Shown piece by piece: positions 1 through 9,402 of a stretch of 64,000 nt of DNA. The stretch spans positions 34,222 through 98,221 of the forward strand of contig JBAQNU010000029.1 of the NCBI GenBank assembly GCA_049304095.1. The letters run 5' to 3'. Position numbers and translations under genes: made by a program. Under the pieces are notes generated by a model that saw nothing but the letters and a program-made list of their open reading frames with translations, did no database searches and had not been told where the DNA came from. The DNA is from Candidatus Moraniibacteriota bacterium (GTDB lineage: Bacteria; Patescibacteriota; Minisyncoccia; Moranbacterales; UBA2206). Each line of letters begins with the position of its first letter. The stretch's first letter is position 1.

Positions 1-1
1 T

Positions 2-706
2 ATTCTCACATTAGCTGTCCGTTCACAAGAAATTTCCGGTTTAGGTTTTTTGGGTGTGGATGTGGCTATTGACAATGAGCGCGGTCCGGTCATTTTGGAA
101 CTTAATGCTCGACCAGGGCTTTCCATCCAAGTAGCTAATCTTGATGGCTTAAAAGGACGCTTGAGAAAAGCCGCTGGCATCAAAATTAAAACTCTCAAAA
201 AAGGCATTCGCGTCGGCATGGATCTTTTTGGTGGAGAAATCGAAGAAGAATTGGAAGAAATTTCCGGTAAAAAAGTGATTGGCACCGTGGAAAAAGTGAA
301 ACTCATCGGCAAGGATGGCAAAGAAATCGAGGTGGAAGCCAAAATTGATACGGGAGCCGGATTCTCATCGATTGACGAGAACTTAGCAATAAGCCTAGGT
401 TTCGCAGAGACAATTGAAAAATTCAAAGAGCAAGGCTTTCCTCAATTCTTATCCCAAGAAGACGCACGCAATCTGGATAAAGAAGAAAAAGATAAACTAT
501 TGAAAACAATTCCGGATTTAGCAGACACAGCCATTATCCATTCGTCCCATGGAACAACTTACCGGCCGATGATAAAAATAAATATCCTGATGGATAACCT
601 TGATGTTTTGGCAAAAGTATCCATCATCAACCGCTCTGATCTGAACTACCCAATTATTATCGGCAAAAGAAATCTGACTAAATTTTTAATTGATGTGAAC
701 AAATAA
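2..706 (+). CDS. 5'-truncated CDS: C-terminal end of a RimK-like ATP-grasp domain fused to a retropepsin-like (RimB/DUF785 'putative ATP-dependent zinc protease') domain
   Basis: The reading frame is open from window position 2. GPVILELNARPGLS is a typical RimK ATP-grasp C-terminal motif. It is followed by AKIDTGAGFSSID, a DTGA aspartic-protease-like signature as in RimK-associated protease domains. Confidence 0.6.
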   Translation: MLTLAVRSQEISGLGFLGVDVAIDNERGPVILELNARPGLSIQVANLDGLKGRLRKAAGIKIKTLKKGIRVGMDLFGGEIEEELEEISGKKVIGTVEKVKLIGKDGKEIEVEAKIDTGAGFSSIDENLAISLGFAETIEKFKEQGFPQFLSQEDARNLDKEEKDKLLKTIPDLADTAIIHSSHGTTYRPMIKINILMDNLDVLAKVSIINRSDLNYPIIIGKRNLTKFLIDVNK

Positions 707-1668
707 TGCTAAAAAATCAAACTATTATAAAAAAAGTTGTCCAGGAAATGGGCGGGACTATAGAAAGGATAATTCCCGAAAGAAGTTATTATTATATCAA
801 ACTAGGAGAAGAAAAAATATTTATCAATCAAAAATTCGTCATTAACAGCGACTTATTCTCCAGAAAACAACCAACTAACTTCAAAGACTTAACCTATGTA
901 TTTCTAAGGGATAATGACATTCCTACGCCCAATACGGTTTGTTTCTACAGAAAATCCCTGACCGAAGAAAAGATGGCGCAAGAACTTCAAAAGCTTTCCT
1001 ACCCCATTGTAATAAAAGACGCCAGTGGATCGTATAGTCTAGGTGTTTTTACTGATATAAAAGATCAGGAAGAGGCGAGAGAGGTTATTTTAAAAGAAAT
1101 AAAAAAATTTCCCTCTCTTATTGCCCAAGAGATGGTTTTTGGAAGAGAATATAGAATATTAGTCTTGGAAGACAGGATTATTGGTGCTCTGGAAATGATC
1201 CCTCCTAGAATTTTTGGAGATGGAGAAAAGACCACCAGAGAATTAATAGAAAATAAGCAAGAAAAAACAGAGAAAAGAACCCCGCTTGATACAATTCTTG
1301 TAGAGCTTTTGCAAAAACAAGCAGAGACGCTAACTAGCATACCAAAGAAAGGCAAGGAGATATGGCTAAGAACGAGCTCCTGCCTGGCTGAAGGAGGAGA
1401 AACAACTGATTCAACCGACATCATCAATGAGGATGTTAAAAAGCTCTGCATAAAGGCAGCCAGGGCTGTTGATAAAAAATTAGCTGGCCTGGATGTTATA
1501 TGTGACGACATAACAAAAAGTCCGCTAGAGCAAAAGATAAACATCATCGAAGCTAACCGCAGGCCTGATTTATATATACATTACAACCCTACTCATGGAA
1601 AAACTAGGGATGTGATAAAAAATATCATCGAATTTATCTTAAAACTAAAAAGGGATTCTAAAATTTAA
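706..1668 (+). CDS. ATP-grasp protein resembling the N/G (ATP-grasp) domain of cyanophycin synthetase CphA
   Basis: 320 aa ORF whose ATGA start overlaps the upstream stop. It carries an ATP-grasp core (KDASGSYSLGV, RIFGDGEKTTRELIE). The C-terminal IIEANRRPDLYIHYNPTHGKTRDV matches the CphA G-domain end pattern (V)IEVN..PG..MH..P..G.PRNV. Confidence 0.6.
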   Translation: MLKNQTIIKKVVQEMGGTIERIIPERSYYYIKLGEEKIFINQKFVINSDLFSRKQPTNFKDLTYVFLRDNDIPTPNTVCFYRKSLTEEKMAQELQKLSYPIVIKDASGSYSLGVFTDIKDQEEAREVILKEIKKFPSLIAQEMVFGREYRILVLEDRIIGALEMIPPRIFGDGEKTTRELIENKQEKTEKRTPLDTILVELLQKQAETLTSIPKKGKEIWLRTSSCLAEGGETTDSTDIINEDVKKLCIKAARAVDKKLAGLDVICDDITKSPLEQKINIIEANRRPDLYIHYNPTHGKTRDVIKNIIEFILKLKRDSKI

Positions 1669-1684
1669 ATTTAATCGAAAAACT

Positions 1685-2644
1685 ATGAAAAAAGTAATGA
1701 TACTTTTCGGCAAAAGCGATTGGAGAAAAGCTAAGCCTTTTTCCAATAAAGAGTATATGTATTCTTATGAATATTTTTATGACATCTGCAAAAAAGGAGG
1801 AATTCAAATGTATCGAGCCTCCTATGAATGGTATGATTATAAAAATCATATCTTTAGGCATGCCTGGATATTTGAAGGCAAGGGCGGAAAATGGAAGAAA
1901 GTTGATAATATTAAGCCTGATCTAATATATGACAAGACTAAGGCTAGGATGGAAGTATATTATAAAAAAGAGTTAATGAGAGAGCATTATCCGTTTATAA
2001 ATGATCTGAACTTCACTCAATTGATTGATGATAAACTCACAATAAGTCTATTGCTTGAAAGATGGTGCAAAAAAAACTGGGTCATAAATAACAAGGCTGA
2101 TTTGAAAAAATTTCTTCCTAACATAAAAACTTCCCTAGCCGTTCTGAAACCCATGATAGAGAGCGGTGGAAAAGGCATACAAATTCTGACCAAGAAAAAA
2201 CTTCTAGAAAAATCAACCATCGACCGCCCTTATATTCTTCAGGAGTTTGTAGATTCATCTTCCGGGGTGCCGGGTGTAAGTTATGGAATGCATGATCTTA
2301 GATTGGTTTTCGTGAACAATAAGATAATCTATACCTATATCCGTGAGCCTCAAAAAGACAGTTTTTTGGCTAATCTTTCCCAGGGCGGTCGCCTGTTTAT
2401 TGTTCCTAAAGATAAACTTCCGAAATCTCTGCGACCTATAATTAGTTACGCCAACAGGCTATTTAAAACTTTCGAACCCAGAATATATTCTATTGACCTC
2501 ATGTTTGATAAAAAAAAGCGTCCATGGATCGTTGAACTCAATTCGATGCCTGGTTTATTTTTTACTCCCGAGGAAAAACCCTATATGCTGGAAATGTACG
2601 CTTCTTTATTGGCTATCTTTAGGCAAAAACTAGAACTTAAGTAA
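1685..2644 (+). CDS. second ATP-grasp family protein (RimK/CphA-like)
   Basis: 319 aa ORF whose C-terminal IDLMFDKKKRPWIVELNSMPGLFF is the ATP-grasp closing motif. It sits between the CphA-G-like and Mur-ligase-like genes. Confidence 0.5.
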   Translation: MKKVMILFGKSDWRKAKPFSNKEYMYSYEYFYDICKKGGIQMYRASYEWYDYKNHIFRHAWIFEGKGGKWKKVDNIKPDLIYDKTKARMEVYYKKELMREHYPFINDLNFTQLIDDKLTISLLLERWCKKNWVINNKADLKKFLPNIKTSLAVLKPMIESGGKGIQILTKKKLLEKSTIDRPYILQEFVDSSSGVPGVSYGMHDLRLVFVNNKIIYTYIREPQKDSFLANLSQGGRLFIVPKDKLPKSLRPIISYANRLFKTFEPRIYSIDLMFDKKKRPWIVELNSMPGLFFTPEEKPYMLEMYASLLAIFRQKLELK

Positions 2645-2657
2645 TAAACATTCTTTT

Positions 2658-3923
2658 ATGAAAATAATTTCAATCACCGGAACAAAAGGAAAAACAACCA
2701 TCACAAGAGGGCTCAGCTATTTGATCAACAAGCTTGGAATCACAACTCTCCGCGTCGATACTGATGGCCACTATATCAACGAAAAGCAAAAAAGCACTCT
2801 TCGCGATAGCGCCGACTTTTTCCATTTGGTTCCAACGGTATGTCCCGGAAAATTTCTTTGGGAAATGAAAAAATTTCATCCAAACTTCACCGCCATACTT
2901 GAAACAGCCATCGGAAGTAGCAACCTTCCTGGATTGGGATATGGATATCACAATATTGGAATTTTTTCTAACGTTTTTGAGGATCATCTCGGTGCAACAA
3001 AAAGGCTCAAAAAGAGAAGTGATATTGCTAAGGCCAAGCGCTTTATATTTTCCGAAGTCAGCAAATACGGTTATCTAATTTTTAACGCCGATGATAAGCT
3101 GGTTTGTTCACAGCTAAAATTTATCCCAAAAAGATTTATTGGAACACTTATTCCGGTTGGTTTTAATTTTAAATATTTTCCCCTGAAAAGCCACTTAGAT
3201 TCTGGTGGAATGGCTATTTCAAAAAAAGATGATTATCTCATTTTAAAAACTAAGACGACCATAAAAAAAATTCTTAACCTGAAAAATATCCGCTGGACAT
3301 TTGAAGGAAACTATTTGCCCTCAATTTATAATTTAATGTTTATTATCGGAGGAATATACGCTCATCAGGATAAAAGAATACCTAAAAATTTAACTGCGCT
3401 GTTAGAAAAATATACCCTAGACGAGCAGGGTGGAAGACTAACGTTGTTTGAAAACAAAAAAGGAGTAAAAATAATTCTCGATTTTGCCCATGAAAAATAT
3501 TCCTTAAGAGAAATTGGAAAATTAGCTAAAAAAATAACTACCAAAGGAAAAGCTGTCGGAGTTTTGCGACTTTCTCCCGACAGAACCGATGAGATGATTA
3601 TCAATACGGGCGAGTTTATTGCCCAAAATTATGACTATCTACTTATTTATGACAAAATTGACGGTGTAAATAAAAAAACTCATAAGGGCTCTGGGAATAT
3701 TCCTTCTCGAAAAATAGGGGAGGTTTCCAGCCTTTTTCTTAAAGGAATTTTGCGATCAAAAAAACGCGGGGTGGCGGAAAGAATTATTCTCGAAAAATCT
3801 GCCATAGAAAAAGCCTCAAAAATAGTAACGCCTGGAGATGTTGTTGTTGTTATATCAGGGGAAAATCACAAAAAAACCATTGGTTATATAAAAAAATATT
3901 TCGAAGCCAATTTGGCAAAGTAA
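2658..3923 (+). CDS. Mur ligase family protein resembling the M domain of cyanophycin synthetase
   Basis: ITGTKGKTTITR is a Mur-ligase P-loop. VDTDGHYI, AILETAIGSSNLPGLGY and NVFEDHLG parallel the CphA M-domain motifs TTTDGIYI, AVLETARGG..GLGF and NVAADHLG. Confidence 0.65.
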   Translation: MKIISITGTKGKTTITRGLSYLINKLGITTLRVDTDGHYINEKQKSTLRDSADFFHLVPTVCPGKFLWEMKKFHPNFTAILETAIGSSNLPGLGYGYHNIGIFSNVFEDHLGATKRLKKRSDIAKAKRFIFSEVSKYGYLIFNADDKLVCSQLKFIPKRFIGTLIPVGFNFKYFPLKSHLDSGGMAISKKDDYLILKTKTTIKKILNLKNIRWTFEGNYLPSIYNLMFIIGGIYAHQDKRIPKNLTALLEKYTLDEQGGRLTLFENKKGVKIILDFAHEKYSLREIGKLAKKITTKGKAVGVLRLSPDRTDEMIINTGEFIAQNYDYLLIYDKIDGVNKKTHKGSGNIPSRKIGEVSSLFLKGILRSKKRGVAERIILEKSAIEKASKIVTPGDVVVVISGENHKKTIGYIKKYFEANLAK

Positions 3924-3988
3924 TCCCTTGATACTCCCCCCAAAAAATGCTAAACTGCGTATTAGCTAATTAGTTTAGAATTAGTTTT

Positions 3989-6571
3989 ATGCAAAATATC
4001 GTATCTCCCAAGCTTCCTTCCCAGTTTAAGCCAAAAAAACGACATTGGTTCTCGGGAAAGTGGAATTGGAAATTGATTTTCAAGTTTTTTGGCATTGGCG
4101 CAGGCGTTGTTTTTCTGTTCGTTATTAGTGTTTTCGCCTATTTCTACAAGGATCTCCCTAATCCCAACAACCTCAATAATCGCTTCATTGCCGAATCAAC
4201 CAAAATCTATGACCGCACCGGCGAGCATTTGCTCTATGATGTGCATGGCGAAGAAAAACGCACTCAAATTCCCTTCTCTGAAATGCCTGATGTGCTTAAA
4301 TTTGCCACAATCGCCCTGGAAGACCAAGGTTTCTATTCTCATCATGGCATTGAGCTGAGCGCTATCGTCCGCGCCGTTTTGAAAGATATTCTGCATCGTG
4401 GTGTTGCGCAAGGCGCATCAACCATCACTCAGCAACTCATCAAGCAATCCGTGCTTTCCCCGGAAAAAACCATTTCGCGCAAAGTCAAAGAAGTAATTCT
4501 TTCACTAGAACTGGAAAGAAAATTTTCCAAAGATGAAATTTTGGCGATGTACCTCAATCAGATTCCCTATGGCTCCAATGCCTATGGGGCCGAATCTGCC
4601 GCGCGAACTTTTTTTAGCAAAGCCGCCAAAGACCTCACTCTCGACGAATCGGCCCTGCTCGCCGCTCTGCCTCAAGCTCCATCATATTATTCCCCCTATG
4701 GTAGCCACACGGACGCCCTAAAGGGTCGCCAGGAATACGCACTTACTCAACTAGCAAAGCTGGGTTATATCTCACAAGAAAAAGCTGATGAGGCCAAACA
4801 AGTGGACGTTCTTTCTAAGATAAAAAGACCATCGGAAAACATTTCTGCCCCACATTTTGTGATGTATATTAAAGAATATTTAGAAAAAAAGTATGGTGGT
4901 GATGCAGTTGAACAGAGTGGTCTCAAGGTCTACACCACGCTCGATTGGGACAAACAAATGGCCGCTGAAAAAGCCGTGCGTGAAGGCGCAGAAAAAAACG
5001 CCAAAATCTATGGCGCCGGCAATGCCGCGCTTGTAGCAATGGACCCGAAAACCGGACAAATTCTCGCAATGGTGGGTAGCAAAGACTATTTCAAAGAAAG
5101 CGAGCCAAAAGGTTGCTCTTCCGGAAAAAATTGTGTCTTTGAGCCAAATGTTAATGTCGCGACATCACTCCTGCAACCAGGCTCATCCTTTAAACCCTAT
5201 GTCTATCTCACCGCTTTTGAAAAAGGCTACACACCAGAAACTAATCTTTGGGATGTAGACACTAATTTCAGCACAGATGATGGAAAAATTTATGATCCCA
5301 AAAACTATGACGGAAAAAATTCTGGACTTCTGCAGATGAAAGACTCCCTCGCCCGCTCGCTTAATGTTCCAGCCGTCAAAACCCTCTATTTGGCTGGCGT
5401 AAAAGAATCGATCGAAACAGCCAAAAAGATGGGCATCACTACGCTCAATGAGCCGGATCGCTATGGACTATCACTTGTTTTGGGTGGCGGCGAAGTAAAG
5501 TTACTTGACCATGTCAATGCCTTTTCCACCTTTGCTACCGGCGGAATCCAACATCCCACTGCATCCATCCTACGCATTGAGGATAATAAAGGCACTGTCT
5601 TGGAAAAATATACGCCAAAAACGGGCGAGCAAGTGATTGAAGAAAAATATATCGCCATGATTGATTATATTCTTTCCACCAACGCTCTACGCGCTCCGGT
5701 TTTTGGCGATAAAAATCCCTTGAGTTTTACTGACCGCCCAGTGGCTGCCAAAACCGGCACAACCAACGAATGGCGTGATGGTTGGACAATGGGCTACACG
5801 CCGTCTCTGGCTGTCGGAGTTTGGGCAGGCAACAATGATCATTCCATCATGAAACAAGGTGCGGATGGTGTTTTTGTGGCCGCTCCGATTTGGCGTAGTT
5901 TTATGGATCAAACGCTTTCCAACTACAATATTGAACAGTTTCCTAAATATGAACCAGAAGAAACCGGAAAAGCCGTCCTTGATGGAAAATTAGAAATGAA
6001 AAAAGAATTAAAGGTCTGCAAAATTCCCGGCTCCAAAAATGATTATTGCCTCGCCTCTTCTGCTTGCCCTGATGATGAGGTGGAAAAAAAGAAATTTTCC
6101 GATTCGCATAGTATTCTCTATTATGTCAATAAAGATGATCCACGCGGAGATCCACCCAAAAATCCCGAGGATGAACCACAATTTAAAAATTGGGAAAAAG
6201 CTATTAAGGATTGGTTGAAAAGTAATAAGGATTCTGCCAATGCCGCTCCTACGGAGGATTGCACCGACAAGGATTTTTCAAAATATGAAATCAGTATTGA
6301 CAACATTTCCGCTTCCGGCGGAAATCCAATCACCTCCTCCTCTTTTGATATTTCGGTTAAAATCTCCGCTCCTTTCGGCGTTAAAAAAGCCACCATCAGT
6401 GTTGACGGAAAAGAGATTTCTTCTAACGGCTCCGACTCCTTTAGCACCTCCTATTCCGTTCCGGATGACAAGAAAAAATCCACACTAACAATCAAAGTTG
6501 AGGCGGAAGATGACAAGGGTAACTCCGATTCGGATTCAATCAAAGTCGACACTAATATTCCGACGACGTAA
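3989..6571 (+). CDS. class A penicillin-binding protein (PBP1A, bifunctional transglycosylase/transpeptidase) with a C-terminal extension
   Basis: N-terminal TM anchor and GT51 motifs (ALEDQGFYSHHGIE, TITQQL). Transpeptidase motifs SSFKP (SxxK) and KTGTT. Confidence 0.9.
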   Translation: MQNIVSPKLPSQFKPKKRHWFSGKWNWKLIFKFFGIGAGVVFLFVISVFAYFYKDLPNPNNLNNRFIAESTKIYDRTGEHLLYDVHGEEKRTQIPFSEMPDVLKFATIALEDQGFYSHHGIELSAIVRAVLKDILHRGVAQGASTITQQLIKQSVLSPEKTISRKVKEVILSLELERKFSKDEILAMYLNQIPYGSNAYGAESAARTFFSKAAKDLTLDESALLAALPQAPSYYSPYGSHTDALKGRQEYALTQLAKLGYISQEKADEAKQVDVLSKIKRPSENISAPHFVMYIKEYLEKKYGGDAVEQSGLKVYTTLDWDKQMAAEKAVREGAEKNAKIYGAGNAALVAMDPKTGQILAMVGSKDYFKESEPKGCSSGKNCVFEPNVNVATSLLQPGSSFKPYVYLTAFEKGYTPETNLWDVDTNFSTDDGKIYDPKNYDGKNSGLLQMKDSLARSLNVPAVKTLYLAGVKESIETAKKMGITTLNEPDRYGLSLVLGGGEVKLLDHVNAFSTFATGGIQHPTASILRIEDNKGTVLEKYTPKTGEQVIEEKYIAMIDYILSTNALRAPVFGDKNPLSFTDRPVAAKTGTTNEWRDGWTMGYTPSLAVGVWAGNNDHSIMKQGADGVFVAAPIWRSFMDQTLSNYNIEQFPKYEPEETGKAVLDGKLEMKKELKVCKIPGSKNDYCLASSACPDDEVEKKKFSDSHSILYYVNKDDPRGDPPKNPEDEPQFKNWEKAIKDWLKSNKDSANAAPTEDCTDKDFSKYEISIDNISASGGNPITSSSFDISVKISAPFGVKKATISVDGKEISSNGSDSFSTSYSVPDDKKKSTLTIKVEAEDDKGNSDSDSIKVDTNIPTT

Positions 6572-6590
6572 AAAGTTTAGACCTTGCGCT

Positions 6591-6626
6591 AAAAAACAGT
6601 CCTGGAAATCGGGACTGTTTTTTGTG
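6591..6626. terminator. bidirectional rho-independent terminator between the convergent PBP1A and fic genes
   Basis: aaaaaACAGTCCtggaaatcgGGACTGTtttttg: an 8-bp stem flanked by an A-run and a T-run. Confidence 0.55.
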
Positions 6627-6640
6627 TTGCTAGTAAATTC

Positions 6641-7972
6641 TTAAAATAATTCTTTTATTTTTTCTGCACCATAATAAAACACTTCTCTTCCAATTTTTTT
6701 TGAAAAAAGAAATTTATTGTTTTCAAGATATTTTAAGTCATTAAAGGCAGTCATCCTTGAAATATCATTAATACTCATGTGCGCCCGAATGGCGGTTCTT
6801 CCGTCTGGATTGTCACACAAATATTGAAGAAGTTTTATTTGCCTATCATTAAGCTCGTGCTTACTTTTAGCAATAGCCCCCATTTGAGAATTTTTCCTTG
6901 ACTGGTCACTTAAATAATCATCAAACTCTCTACGCGCCAATTCGATTTTTCTCGTATTATAATCAATGAAATAAGTAAGATCTTGCTCATCTTGTTCAGT
7001 ATACACATAGGCCTTAATATATTGAGCATGCGCCCTTTTTATTGTCCGAGAAATAGGCAAATACGCGAAAGCCCAATAATTTTTCTTCAACAAATACCAA
7101 TAAAACATAAGCCGTGCCAATCTTCCGTTTCCGTCCACAAATGGATGCAAATATCCAATCCAAAAATGGAGCATTATCGCTTTTATCACTGGGTGCAAAA
7201 AAGCCTCTTCCAAGTCATCATTCGCAAAGGCAATAAACCGCTCAATTTCAATCTTCACAAACTTTTCACTAGGTGGCTCATGATAAATTAGATTTTCTTC
7301 ATTAGCTACAATAATTTCATCGCTGTCCAGGCGTAAACGCCCCTGATCCCCTGGATTAACTTGGGTATTTTTGGTGATTATCCGGTGAAGCTCTAAAAGT
7401 AATGCTAAATCTAACTTCTTATTTTTATAGTCTTCCTCGATCAATTTGATCGCTTCGTAATTATTGACAATCATATGCTCTGAAATTGTCTTTGGTTTTT
7501 TCCCTTCTCGAAGCATCTGCTTAGCTAATTTTCTAGTTGTTACGGCGCCTTCTAACTGAGAAGACGCGATCGCCTCCTCCATGACACCTTTCGAGATAAA
7601 TTTGTATTTTGTTTTATCGTTTATGTCTTTGCTGAAGGAAAATAAATTTCCACCCATATTAAGATCAATTTCATGCAAAAATTTTTCCAACCTAGGCAAT
7701 TTTAACCATTTAAAGTTTTCTCCTGTTTCTGTCCTGATTGGACTCCTTGCGAATTGAGCCTCCCTTATTGTTTTCACAAGAAACCAAAATTCTTCGGCAG
7801 AGATTCCTAGTGGTAAGCTTTTGTATTTTACCTTATCCCAATATTGATAAACCGGCTCCATTGTCTCATCAATAAGTGGAAAAAGCTCTTCTTTCCTCTC
7901 TGAAATAAGCAATTTTATTGCTTTTTCCTTGTCAACATTTGATAAATCGGGTTTTTCTAGCTTATAATGCAT
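6641..7972 (-). CDS. fic: Fic/DOC family protein (class II Fic with an internal inhibitory motif)
   Basis: Canonical Fic motif HPFVDGNGRLARLM. An SxxxEG-type inhibitory motif (SSQLEG) lies N-terminal. 443 aa. Confidence 0.9.
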   Translation of the reverse strand: MHYKLEKPDLSNVDKEKAIKLLISERKEELFPLIDETMEPVYQYWDKVKYKSLPLGISAEEFWFLVKTIREAQFARSPIRTETGENFKWLKLPRLEKFLHEIDLNMGGNLFSFSKDINDKTKYKFISKGVMEEAIASSQLEGAVTTRKLAKQMLREGKKPKTISEHMIVNNYEAIKLIEEDYKNKKLDLALLLELHRIITKNTQVNPGDQGRLRLDSDEIIVANEENLIYHEPPSEKFVKIEIERFIAFANDDLEEAFLHPVIKAIMLHFWIGYLHPFVDGNGRLARLMFYWYLLKKNYWAFAYLPISRTIKRAHAQYIKAYVYTEQDEQDLTYFIDYNTRKIELARREFDDYLSDQSRKNSQMGAIAKSKHELNDRQIKLLQYLCDNPDGRTAIRAHMSINDISRMTAFNDLKYLENNKFLFSKKIGREVFYYGAEKIKELF

Positions 7973-7993
7973 ATAATTTAGGATATATACAAC

Positions 7994-8074
7994 TTATACA
8001 TATATTATACACGTTCTATACATATTGTCAATACATGTATAATTTATACATATATTATACATATTCTATACACT
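7994..8074. repeat. two copies of a roughly 30-bp direct repeat (ttatacatatattatacaYRttctatacaY) at 7994-8024 and 8044-8074
   Basis: Read directly from the sequence: 2 mismatches, 50-bp period. The repeats overlap the fic promoter, and an atacatgtat palindrome lies between the copies. Confidence 0.7.
8004..8031 (-). promoter_or_regulatory. sigma70-like promoter of fic (TTGACA-N16-TATAAT on the minus strand)
   Basis: The reverse complement reads ttgacaATATGTATAGAACGTGtataat, about 32 nt upstream of the fic ATG. It is embedded in a roughly 30-bp direct repeat. Confidence 0.5.
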
Positions 8075-8159
8075 TCCATCTCCTAATACCCCTAATTAAT
8101 CTCTTATCCTCGGATTTGATTTTTCCTAAATTCTGCATTTTTTCTATTTCATCTCAATA

Positions 8160-8984
8160 TCAATTTTCCTCATACCTTCTAAAAAGATTCATTTTCCCCG
8201 TAGCATATCTTTTTGCTTTTTCTGTAATAATGACGAGTTGCTTGAACCGACCAACGACATCTTCCAAGTTACAATCTTCCTCCCCGCCAAGTTGAATCAT
8301 TATGTCGCGACTGCTTTCTTCTAAGTTTTCCAACGCCGACGCAACGTGTCCCAAACTGCGCGAATCCTCCCTGACCCCTCCAGTCATCGGCACGTCTTTT
8401 CCAAAGGCATCGACAGCTCCAACTATTTCAAGAATAGCTTGTCCAATCTCTTCCGGCTTAGCCCTTTTGCTTTGAATCATTTCTTCCAAGCTACTTGCCT
8501 TGGAATAAAGATAGCTTGCTACGCCAGGATGGATGATAGGCGTCAACTCATGTTCGTTTCTTGCACGCAAAGCTCTCGCCAAGCCAATGACTTGATCTGA
8601 AAAATTATATAATTTTATCTTTTCTAACGCCACTTCTGCCGGTGATTGTTTTTCAATCTCTCTCCCGTTTTCATTTTGCTTAGTCAATTCCTCTATTTCG
8701 GATAACTTTTCATTTGCCCCTGCCAAGCTTTCTTTTGCTAGCACAATACTCGGCGCGTTTTCAATTTCAGGCTCCGCGATGCCTAATTTTTCTCGGGCAG
8801 CTTTCAGTTCGGCTTTATTCTTTTCAATGACTTGCTCTGTTTGGGTTGCACTTTCAGCTAATTCTTGTTTTTTAGTCAGCAAAACTAACCCTGGATCTAA
8901 AATTTCCTCAGTCGCTTTTTCATCTGGAGTTTTTGGCATTTCTTCTGCTCCAGATTTATATTCTCCTTGATTATCTATGCTCAT
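8160..8984 (-). CDS. hypothetical coiled-coil-rich protein directly upstream of fic (same strand)
   Basis: 274 aa ORF rich in E/K/L/A with no recognisable motif. A 188-nt gap separates it from fic. Confidence 0.45.
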   Translation of the reverse strand: MSIDNQGEYKSGAEEMPKTPDEKATEEILDPGLVLLTKKQELAESATQTEQVIEKNKAELKAAREKLGIAEPEIENAPSIVLAKESLAGANEKLSEIEELTKQNENGREIEKQSPAEVALEKIKLYNFSDQVIGLARALRARNEHELTPIIHPGVASYLYSKASSLEEMIQSKRAKPEEIGQAILEIVGAVDAFGKDVPMTGGVREDSRSLGHVASALENLEESSRDIMIQLGGEEDCNLEDVVGRFKQLVIITEKAKRYATGKMNLFRRYEEN

Positions 8985-9111
8985 ATTTTTTTAGATTATA
9001 TTTTACACACCATCCTATTTGGATTATATCACTTTTCGCATACAAAGAAAAAACACCCTCAACATTTCTGCTGGGGTGCATAACCGTTCAGTATATAGAA
9101 CGATAAACTTT

Positions 9112-9285
9112 TTATGATATCTTATACCTCCTTCTGACGATAAATATCGCCATTGCGATCGGTAATAATCCAACGGGGGCCACAATCCAGTGTGAGCCAG
9201 AAACTGCGCCGGCCACAACACCTCCACCGATAGAAAACAAAAGTCCAGCAAACAGCAAATCAACAATCCACTTTAATTGAGCCAT
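9112..9285 (-). CDS. small (57 aa) hydrophobic membrane protein not in the ORF track
   Basis: ATG is preceded by GGAGGT. It encodes MAQLKWIVDLLFAGLLFSIGGGVVAGAVSGSHWIVAPVGLLPIAMAIFIVRRRYKIS, one or two TM helices with a positively charged tail. The overlapping 80-aa ORF 9024..9266 in another frame looks spurious. Confidence 0.4.
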   Translation of the reverse strand: MAQLKWIVDLLFAGLLFSIGGGVVAGAVSGSHWIVAPVGLLPIAMAIFIVRRRYKIS

Positions 9286-9402
9286 TATTACCTCCGCTCT
9301 ATTTTTACCCGCCGAAGCTGGCGGTAACTAAGGTTAAAGAACTTGTTAAATATGGTCTTGCTCCATTTCAACTGCATATCATAGCACATCCCGAGATAAA
9401 AG

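Noticed and set aside
1065-1547. 160-aa minus-strand ORF inside the CphA-G-like gene (and similar antisense ORFs: 2017..2220, 2670..2987, 3365..3604, 4089..4721, 5461..5911, 6121..6488).
   Set aside because: All lie entirely within longer ORFs that have clear family motifs. They have no RBS and low-complexity translations. These are typical shadow ORFs.
9024-9266. 80-aa minus-strand ORF from the six-frame track.
   Set aside because: It is out of frame with a better candidate (9112..9285) that has a GGAGGT RBS and a clean TM-peptide product. The 80-aa translation is Cys/Leu-rich without signals.
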